Notes under the pieces: generated by a model
The model's database searches: none
Told to the model about the DNA's origin: nothing
Seen by the model: only the letters and a program-made list of their open reading frames with translations
Program-made: the position numbers and the translations under genes
DNA from: Thermoanaerobaculia bacterium
Lineage (GTDB): Bacteria; Acidobacteriota; Thermoanaerobaculia; UBA5066
Reading direction: 5' to 3'
Assembly (NCBI GenBank): GCA_963719225.1
Contig: CAVRAY010000001.1
Coordinates: 928,001 to 992,000 of the forward strand
Length of the DNA: 64,000 nucleotides
Part shown: one piece after another, positions 1-7,726 of the stretch
Layout: every line of letters starts with the position of its first letter
How positions within the stretch are numbered: position 1 is the stretch's first letter

Positions 1-176
1 TTCCTGGGCGGCCTCTTCAGCACCTTGGCGAGCTCGAACGCCACGGGGCAGGCGAGGTCGCCCAGCTCGACCTTCGGAGGCGTCTCGAGGACGATGCGCG
101 GCGCGTCCACGCCGAAGAGGCGCCGGCAGGCCTCCGCGACGGCGCTCTCGAGCTCGCGTTTGAGGCCGGGAATCAA
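1..176 (-). CDS. argS: Arginyl-tRNA synthetase, N-terminal part (runs off the left edge)
   Basis: Not in the ORF track. Manual translation from TTG at 176 gives MIPGLKRELESAVAEACRRLFGVDAPRIVLETPPKVELGDLACPVAFELAKVLKRPPR, matching the ArgRS N-terminal 'P..GD...PVAF.LAK.L..PP' pattern; GAGAGGGG lies upstream. Confidence 0.8.
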   Translation of the reverse strand, partial: MIPGLKRELESAVAEACRRLFGVDAPRIVLETPPKVELGDLACPVAFELAKVLKRPPR

Positions 177-256
177 GCGGCGGCGCCCCTCTCGGGAGGC
201 CGAAAACTTATCGCGCGCATGCGGCGCGGATTCTCGCACGTCGTAAGATTCTCCTC

Positions 257-721
257 GTGCCCGAAGACTCTGCGGTCGTTCGGCAAGCTCTCGTCGGCGT
301 GCCGCCCGAGCGCGCGTTCTCCGCCTTCGTGAACGTCTCGGACGTGCTCGCGTGGCTCGCGGACGGCGCCGTGATCGGAAAGAGGCCCGGAGGAAACTGG
401 GCGCTCGGCTGGTACGCCGACCCGGATTCCGACGCCGGCTACAGCTCGATCGGCCAGTTCGAGGTCTTCGACCCGGGCCGCCGCTTCGTGGTCTCGAATC
501 TCGTGTTCTCGACGCCGGAGGGGGAGTCTTTCGGCGGCATGCGCCTCGTCGTGGAGTTCGAGAAAACTCCCGAAGGCACGCACATCACGGTGACGCAGTC
601 GGGCTTCGGGGAGTCCGCGGCGTGGAACGCGTACCGCGACCGGCTCGGCCCCGGCTGGGAGCGGATGCTCTCGGACCTCAAGGGATGGCTCGAAGAGGGA
701 AAGAAGCTCCCGGGGCGTTAG
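257..721 (+). CDS. SRPBCC/AHSA1 (START-like) domain protein
   Basis: 154 aa with 'PPERAFSAF...LAW', 'GTHITVTQSGF' and C-terminal 'GWERMLSDLKGWLE' helix typical of SRPBCC. Confidence 0.8.
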   Translation: MPEDSAVVRQALVGVPPERAFSAFVNVSDVLAWLADGAVIGKRPGGNWALGWYADPDSDAGYSSIGQFEVFDPGRRFVVSNLVFSTPEGESFGGMRLVVEFEKTPEGTHITVTQSGFGESAAWNAYRDRLGPGWERMLSDLKGWLEEGKKLPGR

Positions 722-774
722 CGCGCCGCGCGCTTCGCGCGCGACCGGGGAGGGCGCGCTAGCAACTGCGAGTA

Positions 775-806
775 ATGGGGGGAAACACGGTCGTGTTTCC
801 CCCCAT
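775..806. terminator. Perfect 15-bp hairpin between convergent genes (terminator or mRNA-stabilising stem)
   Basis: ATGGGGGGAAACACG-gt-CGTGTTTCCCCCCAT; no clear U-tract. Confidence 0.55.
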
Positions 807-835
807 GCCCCCCTTCACCGCTCGAGTAAGGTCAC

Positions 836-3565
836 CTAGAAGGTGAGCAGCGCCGTCAGGCGGAAGCTGCGCGGCGCGGCGAACTGGGTGCGGGACGTCG
901 CCTTGCCGTAGAGAGCCGGATTCGTGCTCGTGGAGCCAGCGAGCTGCGTCTGCGTGTCGGTCACGTTGAAGCACTCGGCCTTGATGCCGAGGGCGATTTC
1001 CTTCCACACCGTGACGTCGCCCTGGAGCGCGGCATCCCAGTAGAACTGCCAGGGGAACCTGTCCGAGCCCCGCTCCGTCACGAACTGCGAGTAGTTCGTG
1101 CCGGCCACGTTGACCGTCCTCTGCTGCTGGTTCGGCGTCCCGGACCTGAGGCCGAGCGTCGACGCGAGCGTGATGCGCGCGGGCCCGGCGGGCAGAGTGT
1201 AGGCGCCGTAGCCCTTGATGTCGTGCGTGCGGTCGAAGGGCGAGAGCCCGTACTTGTTCAGCTCGTTGACCTGGAGGCCCGTGAGGCTGCCTGAGGCCGC
1301 CGAGGAGACGTTCGCGAGGTAATCGCCGAGGGCCGTGGCGATTCCGCCACCGGAGGGGAAGGTGTTTCCCTCCGTCCGGCTCAGCGTGTACGACACGAGC
1401 GCTTGCCAGTTGTTCGCGAAGCGCTTGTCGATGACGAACTCGAGGCCGCGATACCGGCGGGTGGCGCCGTCGTAGTTCACGTAGTCGAGAGTGCGGACGC
1501 CGTTCGTGAGGGTCTTGACGTCGTCGATGAGATCGTTCCACTTCCGGTACGTGCCGCGCACCGAGACCCCGAGGAACCGGCCGATCTGCTGCTCGAAGGC
1601 GACCGTGAAGTCGTCGGAATAGCTCGGCTTGAGGCCGAGGTTCACGGGGGTCGAGTTGCCGCCGAGGTCCACGTGCGAGTCGAAGTCGAACTTCCCGGTC
1701 CCGGGGTTGTAGAAATAGTCGTCGAAGATTCCCTGCTGCGGAATGGACGCGAAGCCGTCCTCGAAGGCCTGGATGAGGGACTGGTAGAACCGGCCGTAGC
1801 CGCCCGAGACGAGCATCTTCCCGGTACCCGCGATGTCGAACTTGAAGGAAATCCGCGGGGACCAGACGGTCTTGTCGAAGACCGTGTTCCCGAGGTCGCT
1901 CTTCCCGTCCTGCTTGTCGACGCGGAAGCCGGCGTTCACGAAGAGGCGCCCGAAGTCCATCCGGTCGAGGAGGTAGACGCTGTAGATGTTGCCCTTGGAC
2001 GTCGAGGGCACCGGCGGGGCGAAAATCTGCACCTCGCTCGGCGAGAACTCCCGCGTCGCCTGGTTGAAGGAATCGTCGATGTACACCGCGTTGCCGGGAT
2101 ACGCGAACGACGCGCCCGACTCGAGCTTCTGGTAGTCGAAGCCGAGCTTGAAGTTGTGGTTCGAGGACCCGAGCTGCTTGTAATACTGCGCCGCGAGGCC
2201 GAACTGCGTCCGCGGGCGCTCCACGAATCCCACGAACGTCGCGCCGTTCCAGAAGACGTTCTGGGACGTGTCAAGGTGCGGCGCAATGACCTGCGTCGTG
2301 GCGATGTTCGCGCCGTTGAAGACGTAGAAAGGCGCGACGGTCGCCGCCTGGAACGGGAGGACGTCGATGCGGCTCGTGGAATCCGCGAACAGAGCCTCGA
2401 TGGAGAACGATGAGGAAAGGACGCCCTGGTAGCTCCCGCGATAGACGTGGCCGCCCTGGTCCTGGCCGGTCAGCGCCTGCCGGTCGGCCGACCCGCCCCA
2501 GTAGTCCACGACGAAGCCGGTGATCGGATCGCCGTTCCCCGAGGCCTCGAGGGTGTGCTGGTTCGTGATGGCCCACGTGGCCTTCGCGCTCCAGATCTTC
2601 GCGTCGGTCGTCTGCTGGTAGTTCTCGCCGCCGATAACCGTCTGGGCGGCGGCGCTCGTCGTCTTCGCCAGCTCGTACGAGCCGAAGAACCAGAGGTGGT
2701 CGCGGAAGAAGGGGCCGCCGAGGGTCGCGGCCTCGCGCCACTGGATCTCGTCGAACTTCGTCCGCGCGAGGCTCGCGCCGTTCGTCTGGTTCGTCTGATA
2801 ATTCTGGCCGTTCCACTGGTCGTTCGTGGCGATCGCTTTGGCGGAGCCGTGGAAGTCGTTCCCGCCGCTCTTCGTGACGACCGAGATGACGCCGCCGCTC
2901 GCGCGCCCGTACTCGGCCGAGAAGTTGCCGGTGTTGACGTTCACTTCCTGGATCGCCTCGAAGTTGAAGTTCTGGCCGAAAGTGCCGGTCGTCGTGTCCG
3001 TCGTGTCGACCCCGTCGAACAGGAAGATGTTCTCCTGGTTGAGGGCGCCGTGGACGTTCGGGTTCGCGCCGCCGGTCACGCCGGGCGCGAGCTGCAGAAG
3101 CGACTGGTAGCTGCGCCCGACGGCCAGCTTCTGCGTGAACTTCGAGTCCACGGTCGTCTGCGTGTTCGTCTGCGTCTTGTCGATGACCGGGAGCTCCGCC
3201 GAGACGGTCACGGTCTCCGCGATCGTGCTCATCGTGAGAGCGGCGTTGAACTGCGTGTTCTTCTCCGTCTCGACGGTCACCGTGGTCGTGACCTTGCCGA
3301 AGCCGGAAAGGGCGACGATCACGTTGTATTCGCCGATGGGCAGGAGGCGAATCTGGTACGAGCCGTTCGAGGACGTCACGGCGTCACGCGAGAAACCGCC
3401 CTTGACGCTCTTCGCCGTGACCTGCGCTCCGGGGAGCGGGCCGCCGGCGGAGTCCTTGACGGTTCCTCCGATCGAGCCGGTCTGCGTGCCGTCAGCCCAC
3501 GCGCCTCCCGCCAGGGCAAGCGTCGCGACGATCATGATCGACGCTAAAACGAATCGATGCTTCAT
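836..3565 (-). CDS. TonB-dependent receptor, Oar-like, with N-terminal carboxypeptidase-regulatory-like domain
   Basis: Signal peptide, 'GTVKDSAGGPLPGAQV', plug motif 'SAEYGRASGGVISVVTKSGGN', C-terminal 'PRSFRLTALLTF'; start placed at ATG 3565 after AAGGAGG (the ORF track starts at 3583). Confidence 0.9.
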   Translation of the reverse strand: MKHRFVLASIMIVATLALAGGAWADGTQTGSIGGTVKDSAGGPLPGAQVTAKSVKGGFSRDAVTSSNGSYQIRLLPIGEYNVIVALSGFGKVTTTVTVETEKNTQFNAALTMSTIAETVTVSAELPVIDKTQTNTQTTVDSKFTQKLAVGRSYQSLLQLAPGVTGGANPNVHGALNQENIFLFDGVDTTDTTTGTFGQNFNFEAIQEVNVNTGNFSAEYGRASGGVISVVTKSGGNDFHGSAKAIATNDQWNGQNYQTNQTNGASLARTKFDEIQWREAATLGGPFFRDHLWFFGSYELAKTTSAAAQTVIGGENYQQTTDAKIWSAKATWAITNQHTLEASGNGDPITGFVVDYWGGSADRQALTGQDQGGHVYRGSYQGVLSSSFSIEALFADSTSRIDVLPFQAATVAPFYVFNGANIATTQVIAPHLDTSQNVFWNGATFVGFVERPRTQFGLAAQYYKQLGSSNHNFKLGFDYQKLESGASFAYPGNAVYIDDSFNQATREFSPSEVQIFAPPVPSTSKGNIYSVYLLDRMDFGRLFVNAGFRVDKQDGKSDLGNTVFDKTVWSPRISFKFDIAGTGKMLVSGGYGRFYQSLIQAFEDGFASIPQQGIFDDYFYNPGTGKFDFDSHVDLGGNSTPVNLGLKPSYSDDFTVAFEQQIGRFLGVSVRGTYRKWNDLIDDVKTLTNGVRTLDYVNYDGATRRYRGLEFVIDKRFANNWQALVSYTLSRTEGNTFPSGGGIATALGDYLANVSSAASGSLTGLQVNELNKYGLSPFDRTHDIKGYGAYTLPAGPARITLASTLGLRSGTPNQQQRTVNVAGTNYSQFVTERGSDRFPWQFYWDAALQGDVTVWKEIALGIKAECFNVTDTQTQLAGSTSTNPALYGKATSRTQFAAPRSFRLTALLTF

Positions 3566-3655
3566 CTCGGCCTCCTTTGCCATTTAATGTCCCCTCGGGG
3601 ACGAACTCCCATTTTTCAGGGATGAAAAACGCCATTTCCTATTCGAACGGCACAC

Positions 3656-3671
3656 AGCATCAGTCGTGCCA
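3656..3671 (-). promoter_or_regulatory. Putative sigma54 (-24/-12) promoter of TonB receptor 1
   Basis: Minus strand TGGCACG-ACTG-ATGCT, GG-N10-GC spacing, about 90 nt upstream of the start. Confidence 0.65.
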
Positions 3672-3884
3672 CTGTTTCCAGACAGATCGGATTCTCTGAT
3701 GTGATTGTAGACGAGGGATTCTGTGGAAAGCGAATCAAGGTCTGGTACGGAAAGCCGGACCGCCGTTCGGAAACTTGAACTGGCTCTGGAGACTGTGAAG
3801 AGCGTCACGGCTGACCATCCCCGCGAGGAGCCTTATGATCCGAGACCCCATGGCGGAGCCTTCCCGATGGAATGGAGATCCCCG

Positions 3885-5435
3885 ATGACCTTTCGAAACG
3901 CCCTTCTCGCTGGCCTCCTCGTGGCCTCCGCCGCCGCTTCCGCGGCCGGCCTCGAGCGCTTCAAGGACTGGAACAAGTCCCCGGAATTCACCTTCCTCGC
4001 GACCGACGCCGAGCAGAAGGACTGGAAGAAGGTCGCGACGGACGGGGAAGCCGACCGCTTCGTCCAGCTCTTCTGGGCGAAGAGGGATCCGGACCTCAAG
4101 ACCCCGGTCAACGAGTTCAAGATCGCGTTCGACCAGCGCGTGAAGGAAGCCGACCAGCTCTTCTCGCTGCCGCGCACGCGCGGCGCTCTCACCGAGCGCG
4201 GCAAGCTCTACGTGCTCGCCGGCCCGCCGAAGAACCTGCTGCGCGTGACCGGTGTCAAGCCGCAGCCGCTCGCTCCCCCCGGGCAGATCCCGCCTCCGAA
4301 CGACCCCGGCACGTCGATCGGCGAATCTCTCGCGACGTTCATCTACGAGGCGGCGCAGCTCCCCGACTGGGCCGGAGTGAAGTCCCTCCGGGCGGAGTTC
4401 GTCGTCGAGTCGGCCTCCGATTACATCAGCGGCAGCGGAGGCGGCGAAGTCAGGCGCCTCGAGACGAAGGCCCGCCAGGCCTCGATCCGGAACGCGTCCC
4501 TCAAGGAAGCTCCGCACTTCCGCACGGCCGCCGAGCTCGAGGCCGAGCGCAAGGCCGCGGAGTCGGCCGCCGCCGAGGCCTTGAAGGGCCCGGCCCTCAG
4601 CGCGCCCGTACGCGCCGCTCTCGAGGGCGTACTCGCCAAGGAAGACTCGGGTCCGCTTTCTCTCCTTCCCATCGTCGGAAAGGACCGGGAGCCGCGCCTC
4701 CAGGTTCAGCTTTTCGTGCCGTCCTCCGCGGGAGCTCCGGCGGCGGATTCGAAGCTGGCGATCCTCGCCAAGGACGACGCCGGAGCCGATGCCGTCCGGT
4801 TCGAGGAGACGACGGCGCTCGAGGCCTCGCCCGGCGGATCCGTCGCGTCCCGGGCTTTCGCCGTTCCGCCGGGGGCCTACAACGTCGCCGTGGGACTGTT
4901 CGACGCCTCCTCGAAGCTCCTCTTTTCCGCGAAACGAAGAGTGTCCGTGGCGGCCGCCGGAAAGGATTTCTCGCTGTCGCCTCTCGTCGTCGCGGCGAGT
5001 TTTTCGCCCGTGGCGAAGGGAAAGGCGGACGAAGCGTTCACCTTGAACGGAAATCGCTTCGTGACGAAGGGCGGCCGCCTCGATCCCGAGGACGGGCTCC
5101 TGTTCGTCGTGAGGGTCTACAACCCGGCGGTCGATCCCGCCTCGAAGACGGTGCGCCTCTCCCGCGTCGTGAAGATCAAGCCCAAGGGGGCGCCCGCGAT
5201 GGAGGTCCCCCAGCCGAAGGACGAGCCGGTTCCCGTCCCGGAATCGAAGGACGGTGCGGAGCTCGTCTCGCTCGACGTCGCGGCGGAAGTCATTCCGTCG
5301 AACCTGGGCGAATACCTGAGAAAGCCGGGCGAATACGAGCTGAGAGTCTCGATCACGGACGACGTATCGAAGAAGACGCTCGAAGCTTCCGCGCCGTTCA
5401 CCGTGACCGGGGTCTTGCCGCCGAAGAAGAAGTAG
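3885..5435 (+). CDS. GWxTD domain-containing secreted protein (copy 1)
   Basis: Signal peptide MTFRNALLAGLLVASAAASA; 'FVQLFWAKRDPDLKTPVNEFK...RVKEADQLF...GALTERGKLYVLAGPP'; beta-rich C-terminal region. Confidence 0.8.
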   Translation: MTFRNALLAGLLVASAAASAAGLERFKDWNKSPEFTFLATDAEQKDWKKVATDGEADRFVQLFWAKRDPDLKTPVNEFKIAFDQRVKEADQLFSLPRTRGALTERGKLYVLAGPPKNLLRVTGVKPQPLAPPGQIPPPNDPGTSIGESLATFIYEAAQLPDWAGVKSLRAEFVVESASDYISGSGGGEVRRLETKARQASIRNASLKEAPHFRTAAELEAERKAAESAAAEALKGPALSAPVRAALEGVLAKEDSGPLSLLPIVGKDREPRLQVQLFVPSSAGAPAADSKLAILAKDDAGADAVRFEETTALEASPGGSVASRAFAVPPGAYNVAVGLFDASSKLLFSAKRRVSVAAAGKDFSLSPLVVAASFSPVAKGKADEAFTLNGNRFVTKGGRLDPEDGLLFVVRVYNPAVDPASKTVRLSRVVKIKPKGAPAMEVPQPKDEPVPVPESKDGAELVSLDVAAEVIPSNLGEYLRKPGEYELRVSITDDVSKKTLEASAPFTVTGVLPPKKK

Positions 5436-7617
5436 CGCCTCCCGCGAAGCGGGGATCCTTCGGGAAAAGGCGTTTCGCCTCGAGGCGAACCTGGGCTTCG
5501 CCTTCGGGGTCCTCCGTCGAGCGGAACGTCCGCATCCCCAGGAGAAAAGTCTCGGGCGTCGGCTGCCGCGAGACCATGTCGATGACGACGCGCCGCGCGT
5601 CCTTCCGGCGGTTCACCGACGCGTAGAGGGCCGAGAGGGAGACGCGCGCGTCGACGCGGTCGGGATAGAGGCGGAGCTCCTCGAGGAACTCCTTCTCCGC
5701 CTCCTGCGCGCGGCCGGAGCGCGCGAGAACGTCGCCGCGGAGCATGTGAAGGCCGGACTGCGGAAGCTTATCGCCTTTGGAAAGCTCTTCCGCCTTTTCC
5801 GAGTACGCCTTCGCCGCCGCGAGGTCGTTTCGCATCACGGCGATCCGCCCGAGGACGAGGTAGCCGCGCACGCGCGCCTTGCCCTTGCCCGATTCCGCGG
5901 CCCTTTTCGAGGCCACCTCCGCGGCGGCGTAGTCGCCCTTCCCGAGGGCGGCGCGCGCCGCGATGTCGTCCGCGGCCGGATCGCCGAGGAGCCGGAGCGC
6001 CTCCGCGTGCTTGAGGCCCTCGTCCCACTTCCCGAGCTGAAGGCACATGTTCGCGACTTCCACGATGTAGGGAGCCCGGGCGGCCTCGGGCGCGACCTCG
6101 AGAGTTTTCTCGAGAGCTTCCAAAGCCTCCTGCGGTCTCCCGAGCTCCAGGAGCGCCCGCGACTTCATGTCCCAGACGTCGAGCATCCGCGGGTTTTCCG
6201 CGAGCAGGCGCGTGAAGATCTCGACGGCCTTCTCCTGGCGGCCTCCCGTCATTTCGCCGAGACCGGTGCGGAGGTCCTCGAACGTCTTGATCCGGTCCTT
6301 CGGGTCGTCGAGCGTGCCGGCGGGGGAGGGGCCGGCGCTGAGATACCCGAGCGAGGCCAGCTTCTTGCGCGCCTCGCTGTCGACCTCGAGAGGAGTCTCG
6401 AACGAGGGTTTTCTCTTGAGGAGATCGGCGCGCAGCGCGCGGAGGGCGTCGGGCTTTTCGGCGAGGCGGTTGTTCTTCTCGGAAGGATCCGTCGCGAGGT
6501 CGTAGATCTCCGGGCGGGGGGCCTCGATGTAATGCCAGCGGCCTTCGATGAGCGAGGTCAGCTCGCTCCAGCCGAAGTGGATCCGCGGAAAGAACGTTTC
6601 CGAGAGGAGGCGACGCGCGGCGGGGGTCGCGCCGGCCGCGAGGTCGACGAGCGAGACGGTCCCTTCGGGCGGCTGGAAACCCGCGAGGGAGACGCCCTGG
6701 CCGACCGTCGTGAAGACGTCGCTCAAGGCGACGGGCGTCGCGACCGACGTGCCCGCCCTCTTTCCGCCGGGGAGCTTCACGAGGAGGGGGACTTGAAGGG
6801 CCTCCCGGTAGAGGAACATCCCGTGCTCGCCTTCGCCGTGATCCCCGAGGCCCTCGCCGTGGTCCGACAGGAAGACGACGAGCGCCTTTTCGTAGATTCC
6901 CTTCTGTTTCAGGAAAGAGAGGAAAGTTCCCACGATCGCGTCGGCCGCGGCGATCTCTCCGTCATAGGGCACGGACGCGTACCGGGCCTTGAAGGGCTCG
7001 GGCGGCTCGTACGGCGTGTGGGGCTCGTAGAGGTGGAGGAACGCGAACAGCGGCTTTCCCGACTGCGCACCGATCCAGGCTTCGAGCTTCTTCTCGGTCT
7101 CGGCGCCGGCACGCTGGACGCGCCCGAGCGCGGCTTTCCCCTCGGGCGCGTCCACCTCGTCGTCGTAGAAATCGAAACCTCTCCCGACGCCGCTGTCGCC
7201 CTTCAGAACGTAGCAGGAGACGGCGCCGCCCGTCGCGTAGCCCCCCTTCTTCAGGAGCTCGGCGAGCGTCGGAACGTCGCGGCGCAGGTGGTAGCCGAGG
7301 TTGTCGTGGATGCCGTGGTCGCCCGGCACGCGTCCCGTGAAGAGCGACGCGTGGGAGGGAAGCGTGAGCGGGACGTGCGAATAGGCGGTCTCGAAGAGGA
7401 TCGCGTCGTTTCGGAGGGCCGAGAGGGACGCGGTTTCGACTCCCTTGTAGCCGTAGAACGGGAGGTGGTCCGAGCGCAGCGTGTCGACGCTGATGATGAC
7501 GACGGGAGCGGCCGGAAACGTCTCGGCCGGCCGCGCGCCCGGGCCCTTGCCGCACGCGACCGCGAGAGCGGCCAGGGCGCAGACCGCCGTTTGTCGAAAA
7601 GGTCGCGCGAGACGCAC
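5398..7617 (-). CDS. Sulfatase/alkaline-phosphatase-superfamily hydrolase with C-terminal TPR repeats, probable lipoprotein
   Basis: 'IISVDTLRSDHL', 'LTLPSHASLFTG', 'LHLYEPHTPY', 'SDHGEGLGDHGE'; lipobox-like LAVAC; helical TPR C-half; 38-bp convergent overlap with GWxTD copy 1. Confidence 0.85.
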   Translation of the reverse strand: MRLARPFRQTAVCALAALAVACGKGPGARPAETFPAAPVVIISVDTLRSDHLPFYGYKGVETASLSALRNDAILFETAYSHVPLTLPSHASLFTGRVPGDHGIHDNLGYHLRRDVPTLAELLKKGGYATGGAVSCYVLKGDSGVGRGFDFYDDEVDAPEGKAALGRVQRAGAETEKKLEAWIGAQSGKPLFAFLHLYEPHTPYEPPEPFKARYASVPYDGEIAAADAIVGTFLSFLKQKGIYEKALVVFLSDHGEGLGDHGEGEHGMFLYREALQVPLLVKLPGGKRAGTSVATPVALSDVFTTVGQGVSLAGFQPPEGTVSLVDLAAGATPAARRLLSETFFPRIHFGWSELTSLIEGRWHYIEAPRPEIYDLATDPSEKNNRLAEKPDALRALRADLLKRKPSFETPLEVDSEARKKLASLGYLSAGPSPAGTLDDPKDRIKTFEDLRTGLGEMTGGRQEKAVEIFTRLLAENPRMLDVWDMKSRALLELGRPQEALEALEKTLEVAPEAARAPYIVEVANMCLQLGKWDEGLKHAEALRLLGDPAADDIAARAALGKGDYAAAEVASKRAAESGKGKARVRGYLVLGRIAVMRNDLAAAKAYSEKAEELSKGDKLPQSGLHMLRGDVLARSGRAQEAEKEFLEELRLYPDRVDARVSLSALYASVNRRKDARRVVIDMVSRQPTPETFLLGMRTFRSTEDPEGEAQVRLEAKRLFPKDPRFAGGATSSSAARPRSR

Positions 7618-7642
7618 GGGCGAAGGGTACCCCAGCTCCGCG

Positions 7643-7674
7643 AAAGAAAAGGAGCCGGAGGGATCTCCGGCTCC
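7643..7674 (-). terminator. Intrinsic terminator downstream of TonB receptor 2
   Basis: GGAGCCGGAG-ggat-CTCCGGCTCC stem followed on the minus strand by TTTTCTTT; a second stem CGGGGGAAGC/GCTTCCCCCG lies at 7691-7714. Confidence 0.7.
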
Positions 7675-7726
7675 GGACTTGGGACGAAAGCGGGGGAAGC
7701 GCGGGCTTCCCCCGTGAAGAAAGACC

